Shown here one piece after another: positions 1 to 8,820 of a DNA stretch of 10,675 nt (the first letter of the stretch is position 1; every line of letters begins with the position of its first letter). The notes beneath the pieces are model-generated. The model had not been told where the DNA came from and did not search any database. It was given only the letters and a program-made list of their open reading frames with translations. Made by a program: the position numbers and the translations under genes. This DNA is from a bacterium. Its GTDB lineage: Bacteria; SZUA-182; DTGQ01; JAFGSM01. The stretch is taken from the NCBI GenBank assembly GCA_049472355.1, contig JBLIRP010000110.1, positions 1 through 10,675 on the forward strand. Reading direction: 5' to 3'.

Positions 1-704
1 TCGAGGCTGCGGATGTGGATTCCCTCGCCGGCAAGCCTTTTGACCAGGAGGCTGATCCGCTCCAAAGCCGCCTTGAAGGGCCCGATCTCGGTCATCTGCG
101 ACCCGATGTGGGAATGCATCCCCACTACCTCGATACCTTTCATCTTCGTGGCCTTCTGATACTCCTGGAATGCGAGATCCATGGCGAGGCCGAACTTGCT
201 CTTCTTGAGCCCGGTGGAGATATAGGGATGGGTTGCCGCATCGATATCCGGGTTCACCCGTAGGGCAACCCGTGCGCGCCTTCCGCCTTCCCGTGCTATC
301 CGGTCGAGCAGGGCAAGCTCATCGGAGGACTCGCAATTGAACATCAGGATGTCCTCTTGGAGGGCATACCCGAGCTCATCCCGCGTCTTTCCCACACCCG
401 CAAAGACGATCCGGTCGGCCGGGACCCCGGCCTTGAGCGCACGGAAGAGCTCACCCCCCGAAACCACATCCGCACCCATACCCTGCCGGGCAAACAGGCG
501 TATGACCGCCAGGTTGGAATTGGCCTTTACCGCATAGCAGGAAAGATGATCCATCCGGGAAAAGGCCTGTTCATAGACCTGGGCATGGTGGGTCAAGGTA
601 CCTGCGCTGTAAATATACACGGGGGTCCCCACCTCCCCGGCTATTTCTTTGACGGGTACATCCTCGCAAAAAAGTTCATTCTTTTGGTATTGAAAGTGAT
701 GCAT
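1..704 (-). CDS. lysA: Diaminopimelate decarboxylase (5' part, truncated by the window edge)
   Basis: Not in the ORF track; translated by hand from the ATG at 704: MHHFQYQKNELFCEDVPVKEIAGEVGTPVYIYS...CYAVKANSNLAV (PLP lysine)...GADVVSGGEL...IVFAGVGKT...LRVNPDIDAATHPYISTGLKKSKFG...HSHIGSQ. The frame is open to position 1 and starts 15 bp after the argH stop. Confidence 0.96.
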   Translation of the reverse strand, partial: MHHFQYQKNELFCEDVPVKEIAGEVGTPVYIYSAGTLTHHAQVYEQAFSRMDHLSCYAVKANSNLAVIRLFARQGMGADVVSGGELFRALKAGVPADRIVFAGVGKTRDELGYALQEDILMFNCESSDELALLDRIAREGGRRARVALRVNPDIDAATHPYISTGLKKSKFGLAMDLAFQEYQKATKMKGIEVVGMHSHIGSQMTEIGPFKAALERISLLVKRLAGEGIHIRSL

Positions 705-719
705 AGCGCCCTCGCCGGC

Positions 720-2114
720 CTACTCCCTTCCCACATAGTCCTCCGCCCTCTTCAGGGCCTCTTCCACCCTATACAGGGAGGTGCCCCCAGGCACCTCCTT
801 GCGCATAGCCGCCTGCAGCGGATCAAGGAAGGGGAGCGCGTCCTCGTCGAACTCCCCGCAGAATTCCCTGAGTTCCTCCAGGGTAAAGGAGGCCAGGCTG
901 GTCCATCCCCTGCGTACGGCCTCCCCCACAATCCTGCCCACGATGTGGTGTGCATCCCTGAAGGGAATTCCCTTTCCCACCAGATACTCGGCAAGATCCG
1001 TGGCATCGAGGAATCCCTCCCCCACCGCGCCCTGCATCCGGTCCTCCCGGACCTTCATGCCCTCAATACAGAGGGTCATAACGGAAAGGGACCCCTTCAG
1101 GGTGTCGATGGTGTCGAAGAGGGGCTCCTTGTCCTCCTGCATATCCCTGTTATAGGAGAGGGGGAGTGCCTTCATGGTGGTGAGGAGGCCCATGAGGTTT
1201 CCGTACACCCTCCCTGTCTTTCCCCGCACCAGTTCCAGGGGGTCCGGATTCTTCTTCTGGGGCATGATACTGCTCCCCGTGCACAGGGCATCGGGCAGCT
1301 CGATGAACCGGAACTCCGCAGTGGACCAGAGGATCATCTCCTCCGCCAGCCTGCTCAGGTGCATCATGATAATGGAGGCGTGGGCAAGAAATTCCAGGAT
1401 ATAGTCTCGGTCGCTCACCGCATCGAGGCTGTTTTCGGTCAGCCGGTCGAATCCCAGTTCCCGTGCGACGAACTCCCTGTCGATGGGCAGGCTGGTGCCC
1501 GCAAGCGCCCCCGCACCCAGGGGCATCACCTGGACCCTGCGCAGGCATTCCTCCAACCGCTCCCGGTCCCTCTTTCCCATCTCGAACCAGGCGAGGAGGT
1601 GATGGCTGAAAAGCACCGGCTGGGCCCGTTGCAGATGGGTATAGCCGGGCATGGTCACATGAAGATGGCCGCGGGCGGTGCACACAATCGACTTGAGGAA
1701 GCGATGCTGCGTGGCGAGGATCTCCCCTATCTCATGCCTGAGGAAAAGCCGCATGTCAAGGGCCACCTGGTCGTTGCGGCTGCGGCCGGTATGGAGCCTT
1801 CCTCCTGCCGCACCCACCTTCTGGATGAGCCTCGCCTCTATGTTCATGTGTATGTCTTCAAGCGCATCGTCAAAGGGGAACCGGTCCTGTTCGAGCTCCT
1901 CGCGGATCCCCTGGAGCCCCCGCACCAGGGCATCGGCCTCTTCCGTGCTGATCAGGCCGGTTGATCCGAGCATCCGGGCATGCGCGATACTGCCTTGGAT
2001 GTCAAAGGGGAAAAGGCGCCGGTCAAAGGACAGGGATGAGGTGAACCGTTCCACCTCCGGGTGGGTCCCCTCCTGGAACCTTCCGGACCATGGCTTGGAC
2101 ATCTTTTTGCTCAT
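720..2114 (-). CDS. argH: Argininosuccinate lyase
   Basis: 464 aa; motifs WSGRF, EDIHMNIE, LHTGRSRNDQVA, MPGYTHLQRAQP, fumarase/ASL signature TGSSIMPQKKNPD, YNRDMQEDKE. ATGA overlap with the argG stop. Confidence 0.98.
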   Translation of the reverse strand: MSKKMSKPWSGRFQEGTHPEVERFTSSLSFDRRLFPFDIQGSIAHARMLGSTGLISTEEADALVRGLQGIREELEQDRFPFDDALEDIHMNIEARLIQKVGAAGGRLHTGRSRNDQVALDMRLFLRHEIGEILATQHRFLKSIVCTARGHLHVTMPGYTHLQRAQPVLFSHHLLAWFEMGKRDRERLEECLRRVQVMPLGAGALAGTSLPIDREFVARELGFDRLTENSLDAVSDRDYILEFLAHASIIMMHLSRLAEEMILWSTAEFRFIELPDALCTGSSIMPQKKNPDPLELVRGKTGRVYGNLMGLLTTMKALPLSYNRDMQEDKEPLFDTIDTLKGSLSVMTLCIEGMKVREDRMQGAVGEGFLDATDLAEYLVGKGIPFRDAHHIVGRIVGEAVRRGWTSLASFTLEELREFCGEFDEDALPFLDPLQAAMRKEVPGGTSLYRVEEALKRAEDYVGRE

Positions 2115-3403
2115 CGCCTGTCCCTTTTAAAGAGTCTGCGCAGGATCTCCATGCCCCCCTCCTTCTTTCCTCCGGTGCCCCGCTCTTTGTGCCAGACCTG
2201 GGCGCCCACCTTGAGGGGCAGGCCCCATATCTTGCAGAAATACTCCCCTGCCCGGTGGTCGAAGGCATCCTCCGCCCCGTAGGTGGCAAGGCTGAGATCG
2301 TAGAGGGAATGCGGGGACCTCCTGCCTGCGGGAACACACTGCCCCTTGTGGAGCTTGAGCCGCACCTCACCTGAAACCAGGTCCTGGAGGGAGTCGACGA
2401 ACGCATCCAGGGCCTGCCTGAGGGGAGAGAACCATTGGCCGTAGTAGACCACCTCCGCATATTTACGCGCCACCAGTTCCTTGTAGTGCATGGTCTCCCT
2501 GTCCAGGACGAGGGCCTCCAGCTCCCGGTGGGCATGCCACAGGATGGTGGCGCCCGGCGCCTCGTAGATCTCCCGGGACTTGATCCCCACAAGGCGATTT
2601 TCCACAAGATCGGACCTGCCGATCCCGTGCAGGCCGCCCAGGTCATTGAGCCGTTCCAACAATCCCACCGGATCGAGCGCATCCCCGTTCAGATGGGTGG
2701 GCACTCCCCGGGTAAATCCGATGGTGACATAATCGGCCCGGTCGGGGGTCTCTGCGATCCTGCGCACCATGAAGTGGGTGTCATCCGGCGGCTCGGTCCA
2801 GGGGTCCTCGAGTGCCCCGCACTCGATGCTCATACCCCAGAGGTTCCTATCCAGGCTGTAGGGTTTCTCCTTGGACACCGGAACGGGTATGTTGTTTTTT
2901 AGGGCGTATTCGATCTCCTCCTCCCGCGAGCGGAAGGTCCACTCCGGGCTCCGCAACGGGGCGATGATCGAAAGGGCCGGATTCAGGGCCATGATGGAGC
3001 AATCGAACCGCACCTGATCGTTCCCCTTGCCGGTGGCACCGTGGGCGATTGCGTCCGCCCCCTCCGCCTCCGCCACCTCCACCAGCACCTGTGCAATGAG
3101 GGGACGGCCCAGGGCGGTGGCAAGGAGATACTTCCCCTCATACACCGCATGGGCCGCAAGCGCGGGAAAGCAGAATCCCCGCAGAAACTCCTCCCGCACA
3201 TCCCTCACCATCACCTTTGCCGCTCCCGCCTTGTAGGCCTTTTCCTCGATAGGGGCCATGTCCTCACCCTGGCCGAGGTCCGCCAGAACGGCGATGGTAC
3301 GGCACCCATAGTGCTCCTGGAGCCATTTTATGATGACCGATGTGTCGAGGCCGCCTGAATAGGCCAGCACAACCGTTTCCAATCCCCTTGTTCCCGTCGC
3401 CAT
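2111..3403 (-). CDS. argG: Argininosuccinate synthase
   Basis: 430 aa; motifs VVLAYSGGLDTS, HGATGKGNDQVRF, ENRLVGIKSREIYEAP. Has a C-terminal extension of about 25 aa beyond GLPLKV. Confidence 0.98.
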   Translation of the reverse strand: MATGTRGLETVVLAYSGGLDTSVIIKWLQEHYGCRTIAVLADLGQGEDMAPIEEKAYKAGAAKVMVRDVREEFLRGFCFPALAAHAVYEGKYLLATALGRPLIAQVLVEVAEAEGADAIAHGATGKGNDQVRFDCSIMALNPALSIIAPLRSPEWTFRSREEEIEYALKNNIPVPVSKEKPYSLDRNLWGMSIECGALEDPWTEPPDDTHFMVRRIAETPDRADYVTIGFTRGVPTHLNGDALDPVGLLERLNDLGGLHGIGRSDLVENRLVGIKSREIYEAPGATILWHAHRELEALVLDRETMHYKELVARKYAEVVYYGQWFSPLRQALDAFVDSLQDLVSGEVRLKLHKGQCVPAGRRSPHSLYDLSLATYGAEDAFDHRAGEYFCKIWGLPLKVGAQVWHKERGTGGKKEGGMEILRRLFKRDRR

Positions 3404-3500
3404 ACCCTGTTCCCCTGTATCCTTTCCTCGTGGTGTTGCTCAAAACATATGCTGCCCGCCATGCGGCAATTCTTATTTTGACATCGCATTGTCGTACCGT

Positions 3501-3676
3501 CGAGGGCAGACATGTTTACGGAGCGATATAGGGAGGCTTTTTGTAAATTTTCTTAGCGAAGCGCAGCGTATAACATTGCACATGTCCGAGTGAAGCGAGT
3601 TTGTGCAATGTAGCGAAGCGAGCTTAGAAAATTAAAAAAGCCTGCCCGTCTAGCGGAGTAACTATGTCTGCCCTCG
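3501..3676. repeat. 176-bp nested imperfect palindrome (MITE/REP-like foldback element)
   Basis: Perfect 13-bp terminal IR CGAGGGCAGACAT (3501-3513) / ATGTCTGCCCTCG (3664-3676). Inner complementary blocks at 3534-3542/3635-3643, 3546-3553/3626-3633 and 3573-3582/3602-3611. Confidence 0.9.
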
Positions 3677-3749
3677 CTGCTTGCCTGGATGTTACAATTA
3701 GCATTGCTGGCCTCCTTCCGCGTCTCACCCCTTCACTCCTCTGGTCGCC

Positions 3750-4694
3750 TTAGGTCTCCTTCATCCCCTCGTGGTTCCTGATGAGGGTCTCCACGATCGC
3801 CTTTTGCACGTGAAGGCGATTCTCCGCCTGATCGAAGACCACCGAAAGGGGCCCTTCGAGGACATCCTCGGTGATCTCCTCACCCCTGTGGGCAGGAAGG
3901 CAATGCATGATCAGGGTGTCGGGCTGGGCAAGGGCCACCAGCCCCTTGTTCACCTGGTAGCGCGAAAAGACCCTCCGCTTCTCCTCCGCTTCCTCCTCCT
4001 GGCCCATGCTGATCCACACATCCGTATAGATCACGTTTGCCCCGGAAACCGCCTGTTCGGGGTCCTCGAAAAGCTCGATGCTCCCTCCGGTGCGCTCAGC
4101 CAGGGCGCGTGCATGCTCGACGATTCCACGGTCGGGCTCATACCCCGCAGGACAGGCCATGCGCAGACTCAATCCCATCAATCCTGCGGCGTTCAGCAGG
4201 GAATGGGCCACATTGTTGCCGTCTCCCACATAGCCAATGACGGCACTATACAGATTCCCTATATGGTCCTTTATGGTGAGAAGATCGCTCAATGCCTGGC
4301 AGGGATGATACCGGTCGGTCAACCCGTTGATCACCGGAACCGTGGCTGACTCCGCCAATTCCTCAACCTCTTCGTGGCCGAATGTCCGTACCAGCATGAT
4401 ATCCACATACCGGGACAGGACCCGGGCGGTATCCCGGAGCGGCTCCCCCCTCCCGATCTGAAGGGAATCCATGGGAAGATCCAGGGCAAGCCCCCCCATC
4501 TGAAAAAGGCCCACCTGAAAGGAAACCCGCGTCCGGGTGGAGGGCTTTTTGAATATCATGGCCATGGTCCTTCCCTTCAGGGTCTGGTGGGGCTTGCCTG
4601 TCTTCAGATACGACCTGAGCTCCTTTGCCCGGTTAAGGATGCCCAGAACATCCTCCCTGGTGAGATCGAGAATGGTCAGGAGATCCTTCTTCAT
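3750..4694 (-). CDS. argF: Ornithine carbamoyltransferase
   Basis: The true start is probably the ATG at 4694 (MKKDLLTILDL, 314 aa; ATGA overlap with the argD stop), not 4967. Motifs KPSTRTR, HPCQAL, GDGNNV, DVWISMG, HCLPAHRG, AENRLH. Confidence 0.97.
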   Translation of the reverse strand: MKKDLLTILDLTREDVLGILNRAKELRSYLKTGKPHQTLKGRTMAMIFKKPSTRTRVSFQVGLFQMGGLALDLPMDSLQIGRGEPLRDTARVLSRYVDIMLVRTFGHEEVEELAESATVPVINGLTDRYHPCQALSDLLTIKDHIGNLYSAVIGYVGDGNNVAHSLLNAAGLMGLSLRMACPAGYEPDRGIVEHARALAERTGGSIELFEDPEQAVSGANVIYTDVWISMGQEEEAEEKRRVFSRYQVNKGLVALAQPDTLIMHCLPAHRGEEITEDVLEGPLSVVFDQAENRLHVQKAIVETLIRNHEGMKET

Positions 4695-5884
4695 TCCCGG
4701 GCATCCTTTATGGCCGAAAACAATATGTCCATGGCCCGCTCGATCAATTCCTCGGTGACCACCAGGGGGGGGAGGAGCCTGAGCACCCGGTCCATGGTGC
4801 AGTTGATGATGAGCCCCCTTTCCAGGCATTGCTCCACGATTCCCTTCCCGCTGCATTCGAGCTCCATGCCCACCATGAGTCCCTTTCCCCGAATCTCCTT
4901 GATAATACCGAAGTCCCTGGCATGGTCCGTGAGATGCGTGAACAGGATGGTGCTCATGCGCCGGCAATTCTCCAGGAGGCCTTCCCGCTCGATGATTTCG
5001 AGCACGGCAAGACCGGCGGCGCAGGCCAGGTAGTTGCCGCCGAAGGTGGATGCGTGGCTGCCGGGGGGGAATGCCTCCACGATCTGGTTTGCCGCGAGCA
5101 TGGCGCCGATGGGAACGCCGCCGCCCAGGGACTTTGCCATGGTGAGGATATCGGGCTTCATATCATGATATTGAAAATTAAAGAGTTTCCCCGTCCTTCC
5201 CATACCGGTCTGCACCTCATCCAGGATCAGGAGAATGTGCCGTTGATCGCACAATTTCCTCAACCCGGGCAGATAGTCCGGTGAGGGCACATTCACCCCC
5301 CCTTCGCCCTGAATGGGCTCCACCATGACCGCGCAGGTGTTTTCCGTTACGGCCTTGTCCACCGCATCGAGGTCGTCATAGGGGACGTAGTGAAACCCGG
5401 GCATGAGGGGATGAAACCCGGTGTGATATTTCTCCTGGGCCGTTGCACTGAGGGTGGCCATGGTCCTCCCGTGAAAGGAATTGCACGCGGTGATGATCTC
5501 CACCCGCCCCGGCTTCGATGCCTGGCCGTATTTCCGGGCAAGCTTGATGGCGGCCTCATTCGCCTCGGCACCGCTGTTTGCGAAGAATACCTTTCCCGGA
5601 AAGGTCAGGGATACGATCCTCTTCGCCAGTTCGGCCTGCTGCGGGATATGGAAGAGATTGGAAACGTGGATGAGCGTACCGGCCTGTTTTGTTATGGCAT
5701 TCACCAGGGAGGGATGGCAGTGCCCGATATTGATGACCCCTATCCCGCTTATGAAATCAAGGTATTCCTTTCCGTCGGCATCCCACACCAGGCATCCCCT
5801 GCCCCGCACCATGGGAATATGGAAACGGCTGTAGGTAGGCGCCACATATTCTGCTGTCAAGCGAAGTATCTCGTCGGTATTCAT
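4691..5884 (-). CDS. argD: Acetylornithine aminotransferase (class III PLP)
   Basis: 397 aa; motifs NSGAEANEAAIKLARK, SFHGRT, EPIQGEGG, DEVQTGMGRTG, AKSLGGG (PLP lysine), HASTFGGN. Lies between argB and argF. Confidence 0.95.
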   Translation of the reverse strand: MNTDEILRLTAEYVAPTYSRFHIPMVRGRGCLVWDADGKEYLDFISGIGVINIGHCHPSLVNAITKQAGTLIHVSNLFHIPQQAELAKRIVSLTFPGKVFFANSGAEANEAAIKLARKYGQASKPGRVEIITACNSFHGRTMATLSATAQEKYHTGFHPLMPGFHYVPYDDLDAVDKAVTENTCAVMVEPIQGEGGVNVPSPDYLPGLRKLCDQRHILLILDEVQTGMGRTGKLFNFQYHDMKPDILTMAKSLGGGVPIGAMLAANQIVEAFPPGSHASTFGGNYLACAAGLAVLEIIEREGLLENCRRMSTILFTHLTDHARDFGIIKEIRGKGLMVGMELECSGKGIVEQCLERGLIINCTMDRVLRLLPPLVVTEELIERAMDILFSAIKDARE

Positions 5885-5969
5885 ACGTTGTATCTCCCGT
5901 CCCGGAAGGATCGTCGGCGTTTATTATGAGCGTGTATTCGTGTATTATTTATTAAGCGTGTATTATCTA

Positions 5970-6848
5970 CTAATGGTTGTCGATGACCGTGCCCACCCCG
6001 GTGTCGGTAAAGATCTCCAAAAGCAGGGCATGGCTGATCCGGCCATCGATGATATGCACCTTTTTTACCCCATCCTTCAGGGCATCCACGCAACATGCCA
6101 GCTTCGGCTTCATGCCGCCTTGAATGACGCCGCTCTCGGACAGTTCCCCGACCTGGGTGAGGGAAAGGGTGGAAAGCAACTGCTTGTTCTGATCGAGCAC
6201 CCCCGCCACATCGGTGAGAATGACCAGCTTTTCGGCACACAGTGCGGCGGCGATCCGTCCGGCAACCAGATCGGCATTGACATTGAAGGTCTCTCCCTGC
6301 GCATTCACCCCGATCGGGGAGATGATGGGAATGAACCGCCCCTCGTCGAGCACCTCGATGACCCGGGGATTGATCGATTCCACCTCTCCGACCATGCCCA
6401 AGTCAATACTCGCCTCTCCCTTCTTTCCCGAACGGGGCGTCATCTTCCGCACCAGGATCAATTCCCCGTCCTTGCCCGAGAGTCCCACCGCCCTTCCGCC
6501 GTGCTGGTTGATGAGGTTGACCACCTCCTTGTTGATCCGGCCCAGGACCATCTCGATGACATCCATGGATTCAACATCGGTCACCCGGAGCCCGTCCACA
6601 AAGGTGCTCTTCTTGCCCAATTTTTCCAGCCACGAACTGATCTCAGGCCCTCCCCCGTGAATGATCACCGGATTCATCCCCACATACTTCAACAGCACCA
6701 CATCGCGGGCGAAGTCCTCCTTCAGACGCTCGTTGATCATGGCAGCCCCGCCGAACTTGATCACCACCGTCTTACCAAAGAATTCCTTGATATACGGGAG
6801 GGCTTCAATCAACGACTGGGCCCTGGCGTGAAGATTCGAACGATCCAT
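5970..6848 (-). CDS. argB: Acetylglutamate kinase
   Basis: 292 aa; motifs LIEALPYI, VIKFGG, HGGGPEI, GLRVTD, NVNAD, GGMKPK, LLLEIFTDTGVGT. The N-terminal helix and C-terminal motif are typical of arginine-sensitive hexameric NAGKs. Confidence 0.97.
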   Translation of the reverse strand: MDRSNLHARAQSLIEALPYIKEFFGKTVVIKFGGAAMINERLKEDFARDVVLLKYVGMNPVIIHGGGPEISSWLEKLGKKSTFVDGLRVTDVESMDVIEMVLGRINKEVVNLINQHGGRAVGLSGKDGELILVRKMTPRSGKKGEASIDLGMVGEVESINPRVIEVLDEGRFIPIISPIGVNAQGETFNVNADLVAGRIAAALCAEKLVILTDVAGVLDQNKQLLSTLSLTQVGELSESGVIQGGMKPKLACCVDALKDGVKKVHIIDGRISHALLLEIFTDTGVGTVIDNH

Positions 6849-6898
6849 AGTCTACCGTTCCCTTTCCATCTGGTACGTCGATCGGAAGCAATGCACCC

Positions 6899-8281
6899 TT
6901 ACAGGATATACCGGCTCAGGTCCTCGTCCTTGATAATGTCCTTGAGCCTTTCCTGGACGGATTGCGCATCGATAATGATGCTCTGACCGGAAAGGTCGGG
7001 TGCATTGAAGGAGATATCATCGAGAAGCTTGTCCATGATGGTATGGAGCCTCCGCGCCCCGATGTTCTCGGTCCGTTCATTCACGTATGCGGCGATACTC
7101 GCAATCTCTGAAATGGCATCGGGGGTGAATTGGAGATCCAGCCCTTCGGTTTCCAGCAGTGCGGAATACTGCTTGATGAGGGCATTGCGGGGCTCCGTGA
7201 GGATCCGGACAAACTCGTCCACTCCCAGCGAGGACAGCTCCACCCTGATGGGAAAACGCCCCTGCAATTCAGGGATGAGATCGGAGGGCCGCGAAATATG
7301 GAAGGCCCCCGCGGCAATAAAGAGGATATGGTCCGTCCTGACCAGGCCGTACTTGGTGGAAACGGTGGAACCTTCGATGATGGGGAGGAGGTCCCTCTGC
7401 ACCCCCTCCCGGGAGACGTCGGGACCTGTGGACCGCTCCCGGCCGGCGATCTTGTCCAGCTCATCCAAAAAGATGATCCCTGTCTGCTCCACCCGCTTGA
7501 CCGCCTCGGATATCACGTTATCCATATCAATCAGGCGCTGGGCCTCCTCCTGAACGAGCAGGGTGCGCGCCTCCGAGACCTTCATCCTCCGCTTCTTGCT
7601 CTTGCTCGGGAAAAAACCGGAGAGCATGTCCTTGAAATTTATGTCCATCTCCTCAAGACCGGCGCCGGAGAATATCTCGACCATGGGCATGCTCTTCTCG
7701 CTCACCTCCACCTCCACGACCCGGTCCTCCAGGTGCCCCTGCCTGAGCATCATGCGCAGCTTTTCCCTGGTCTGATGCGAGTCCTCCTCCTTCTGCTCCG
7801 GCTCTGCCTCCTGCACCGCTTCGGTGGACACCCCATAGGATCGCTTCCGTCCGGAGGGGGGAAGAAGCAAATCCAGAAGCCGCTCCTCCGCCTGGACCTC
7901 GGCCTTCCCCTTGACCTTTCGGCTCTGTTCCTCCTTGACCATATTGACCGCAAGATGGGTGAGGTCCCTGATCATCGATTCCACATCCCGGCCCACATAC
8001 CCCACCTCGGTAAACTTTGACGCCTCGATCTTCAGAAAGGGCGCGTTTGCCAGCTTGGAAAGCCTTCGGGCGATCTCCGTCTTTCCCACACCGGTGGGAC
8101 CGATCATGATGATGTTCTTGGGCATGACCTCATCCCTGAGATCCGGGCTGAGCTGCTGCCTTCGCCATCGGTTCCTCAGGGCGGTGGCAACGGAGCGCTT
8201 GGCTGCGTCCTGGCCGATGATATAGCGGTCCAGTTCCGCGACAATCTGTTTGGGCGTAAACTGGTTCAGGGAATTTTCCAC
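6899..8281 (-). CDS. hslU: ATP-dependent protease ATPase subunit HslU
   Basis: Start reassigned to the GTG at 8281, which has AGGAGGT 5 nt upstream; 460 aa. Walker [23 protein letters not shown] pore loop, Walker [18 protein letters not shown]-terminal DLSRYIL. Confidence 0.98.
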   Translation of the reverse strand: MENSLNQFTPKQIVAELDRYIIGQDAAKRSVATALRNRWRRQQLSPDLRDEVMPKNIIMIGPTGVGKTEIARRLSKLANAPFLKIEASKFTEVGYVGRDVESMIRDLTHLAVNMVKEEQSRKVKGKAEVQAEERLLDLLLPPSGRKRSYGVSTEAVQEAEPEQKEEDSHQTREKLRMMLRQGHLEDRVVEVEVSEKSMPMVEIFSGAGLEEMDINFKDMLSGFFPSKSKKRRMKVSEARTLLVQEEAQRLIDMDNVISEAVKRVEQTGIIFLDELDKIAGRERSTGPDVSREGVQRDLLPIIEGSTVSTKYGLVRTDHILFIAAGAFHISRPSDLIPELQGRFPIRVELSSLGVDEFVRILTEPRNALIKQYSALLETEGLDLQFTPDAISEIASIAAYVNERTENIGARRLHTIMDKLLDDISFNAPDLSGQSIIIDAQSVQERLKDIIKDEDLSRYIL

Positions 8282-8282
8282 G

Positions 8283-8810
8283 TCAGACCTCCTCGAGGAC
8301 AATGCTTTCGTTGGTATATACGCATATGGATGCGGCGATCTTCATGGCGGTCTCCACGATCTGACGGGCATCCAGATCCGTATGGGCAATGAGTGCCCGT
8401 GCCGCCGCCAGGGCATAGGACCCCCCTGATCCGATACCGATGATGCCATCCTCCGGTTCGATTACATCGCCGTTTCCGGAAAGGATGAAGCAGTGTTCCT
8501 TGTCGGCGACGGCCAACAGGGCCTCCAACCTCCTCAGGACCCGGTCGGTTCTCCACTCCTTTGCCATTTCCACTGCAGCCCGGGGGAGCTGGCCGGAATA
8601 TTCCTCCAGCTTTGTCTCAAAGCGCGAAAACAGGGCAAAGGCATCCGCCACGGAGCCGGCGAAACCGGCCACCACCTGGTCCTTGTACATCCGCCGCACC
8701 TTTTTCGCATTGTGCTTGAGGATCGTGTTACCGAAACTGACCTGGCCGTCACCACCGACAACCGTCTTTCCATCCTTCCGTACCACGAGAATGGTGGTGG
8801 ATTGTATCAT
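8283..8810 (-). CDS. hslV: ATP-dependent protease peptidase subunit HslV
   Basis: 175 aa; MIQS-TTIL (N-terminal Thr nucleophile after a short propeptide), [38 protein letters not shown]. Confidence 0.98.
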   Translation of the reverse strand: MIQSTTILVVRKDGKTVVGGDGQVSFGNTILKHNAKKVRRMYKDQVVAGFAGSVADAFALFSRFETKLEEYSGQLPRAAVEMAKEWRTDRVLRRLEALLAVADKEHCFILSGNGDVIEPEDGIIGIGSGGSYALAAARALIAHTDLDARQIVETAMKIAASICVYTNESIVLEEV

Positions 8811-8820
8811 CTTTCCCCTC

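Noticed and set aside
357..1964. 535-aa plus-strand ORF, and similar ones at 5940..6986, 7130..8020, 3771..4349 and elsewhere
   Set aside because: Antisense shadows of well-conserved GC-rich genes, with no recognisable motifs.
3478..3506. Plus-strand promoter from TTGACA at 3478
   Set aside because: There is no -10 hexamer at 16-18 bp; the palindrome begins at that position.
3698..3724. CIRCE element (TTAGCA...)
   Set aside because: The left arm is partial and there is no GAGTGCTAA right arm.
4695..4967. 91-aa N-terminal extension of ArgF in the ORF track
   Set aside because: It overlaps argD in another frame. OTCase homology begins at MKKDLL (4694), which has an ATGA coupling to argD.
720..6848. 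Absence of argC/argJ from the arg cluster
   Set aside because: These genes are commonly encoded elsewhere in genomes with the argBDFGH-lysA order, so their absence is not informative from this window.
8282..8302. TTG start for hslU at 8302
   Set aside because: The GTG at 8281 has AGGAGGT at the correct spacing and avoids overlap with hslV.
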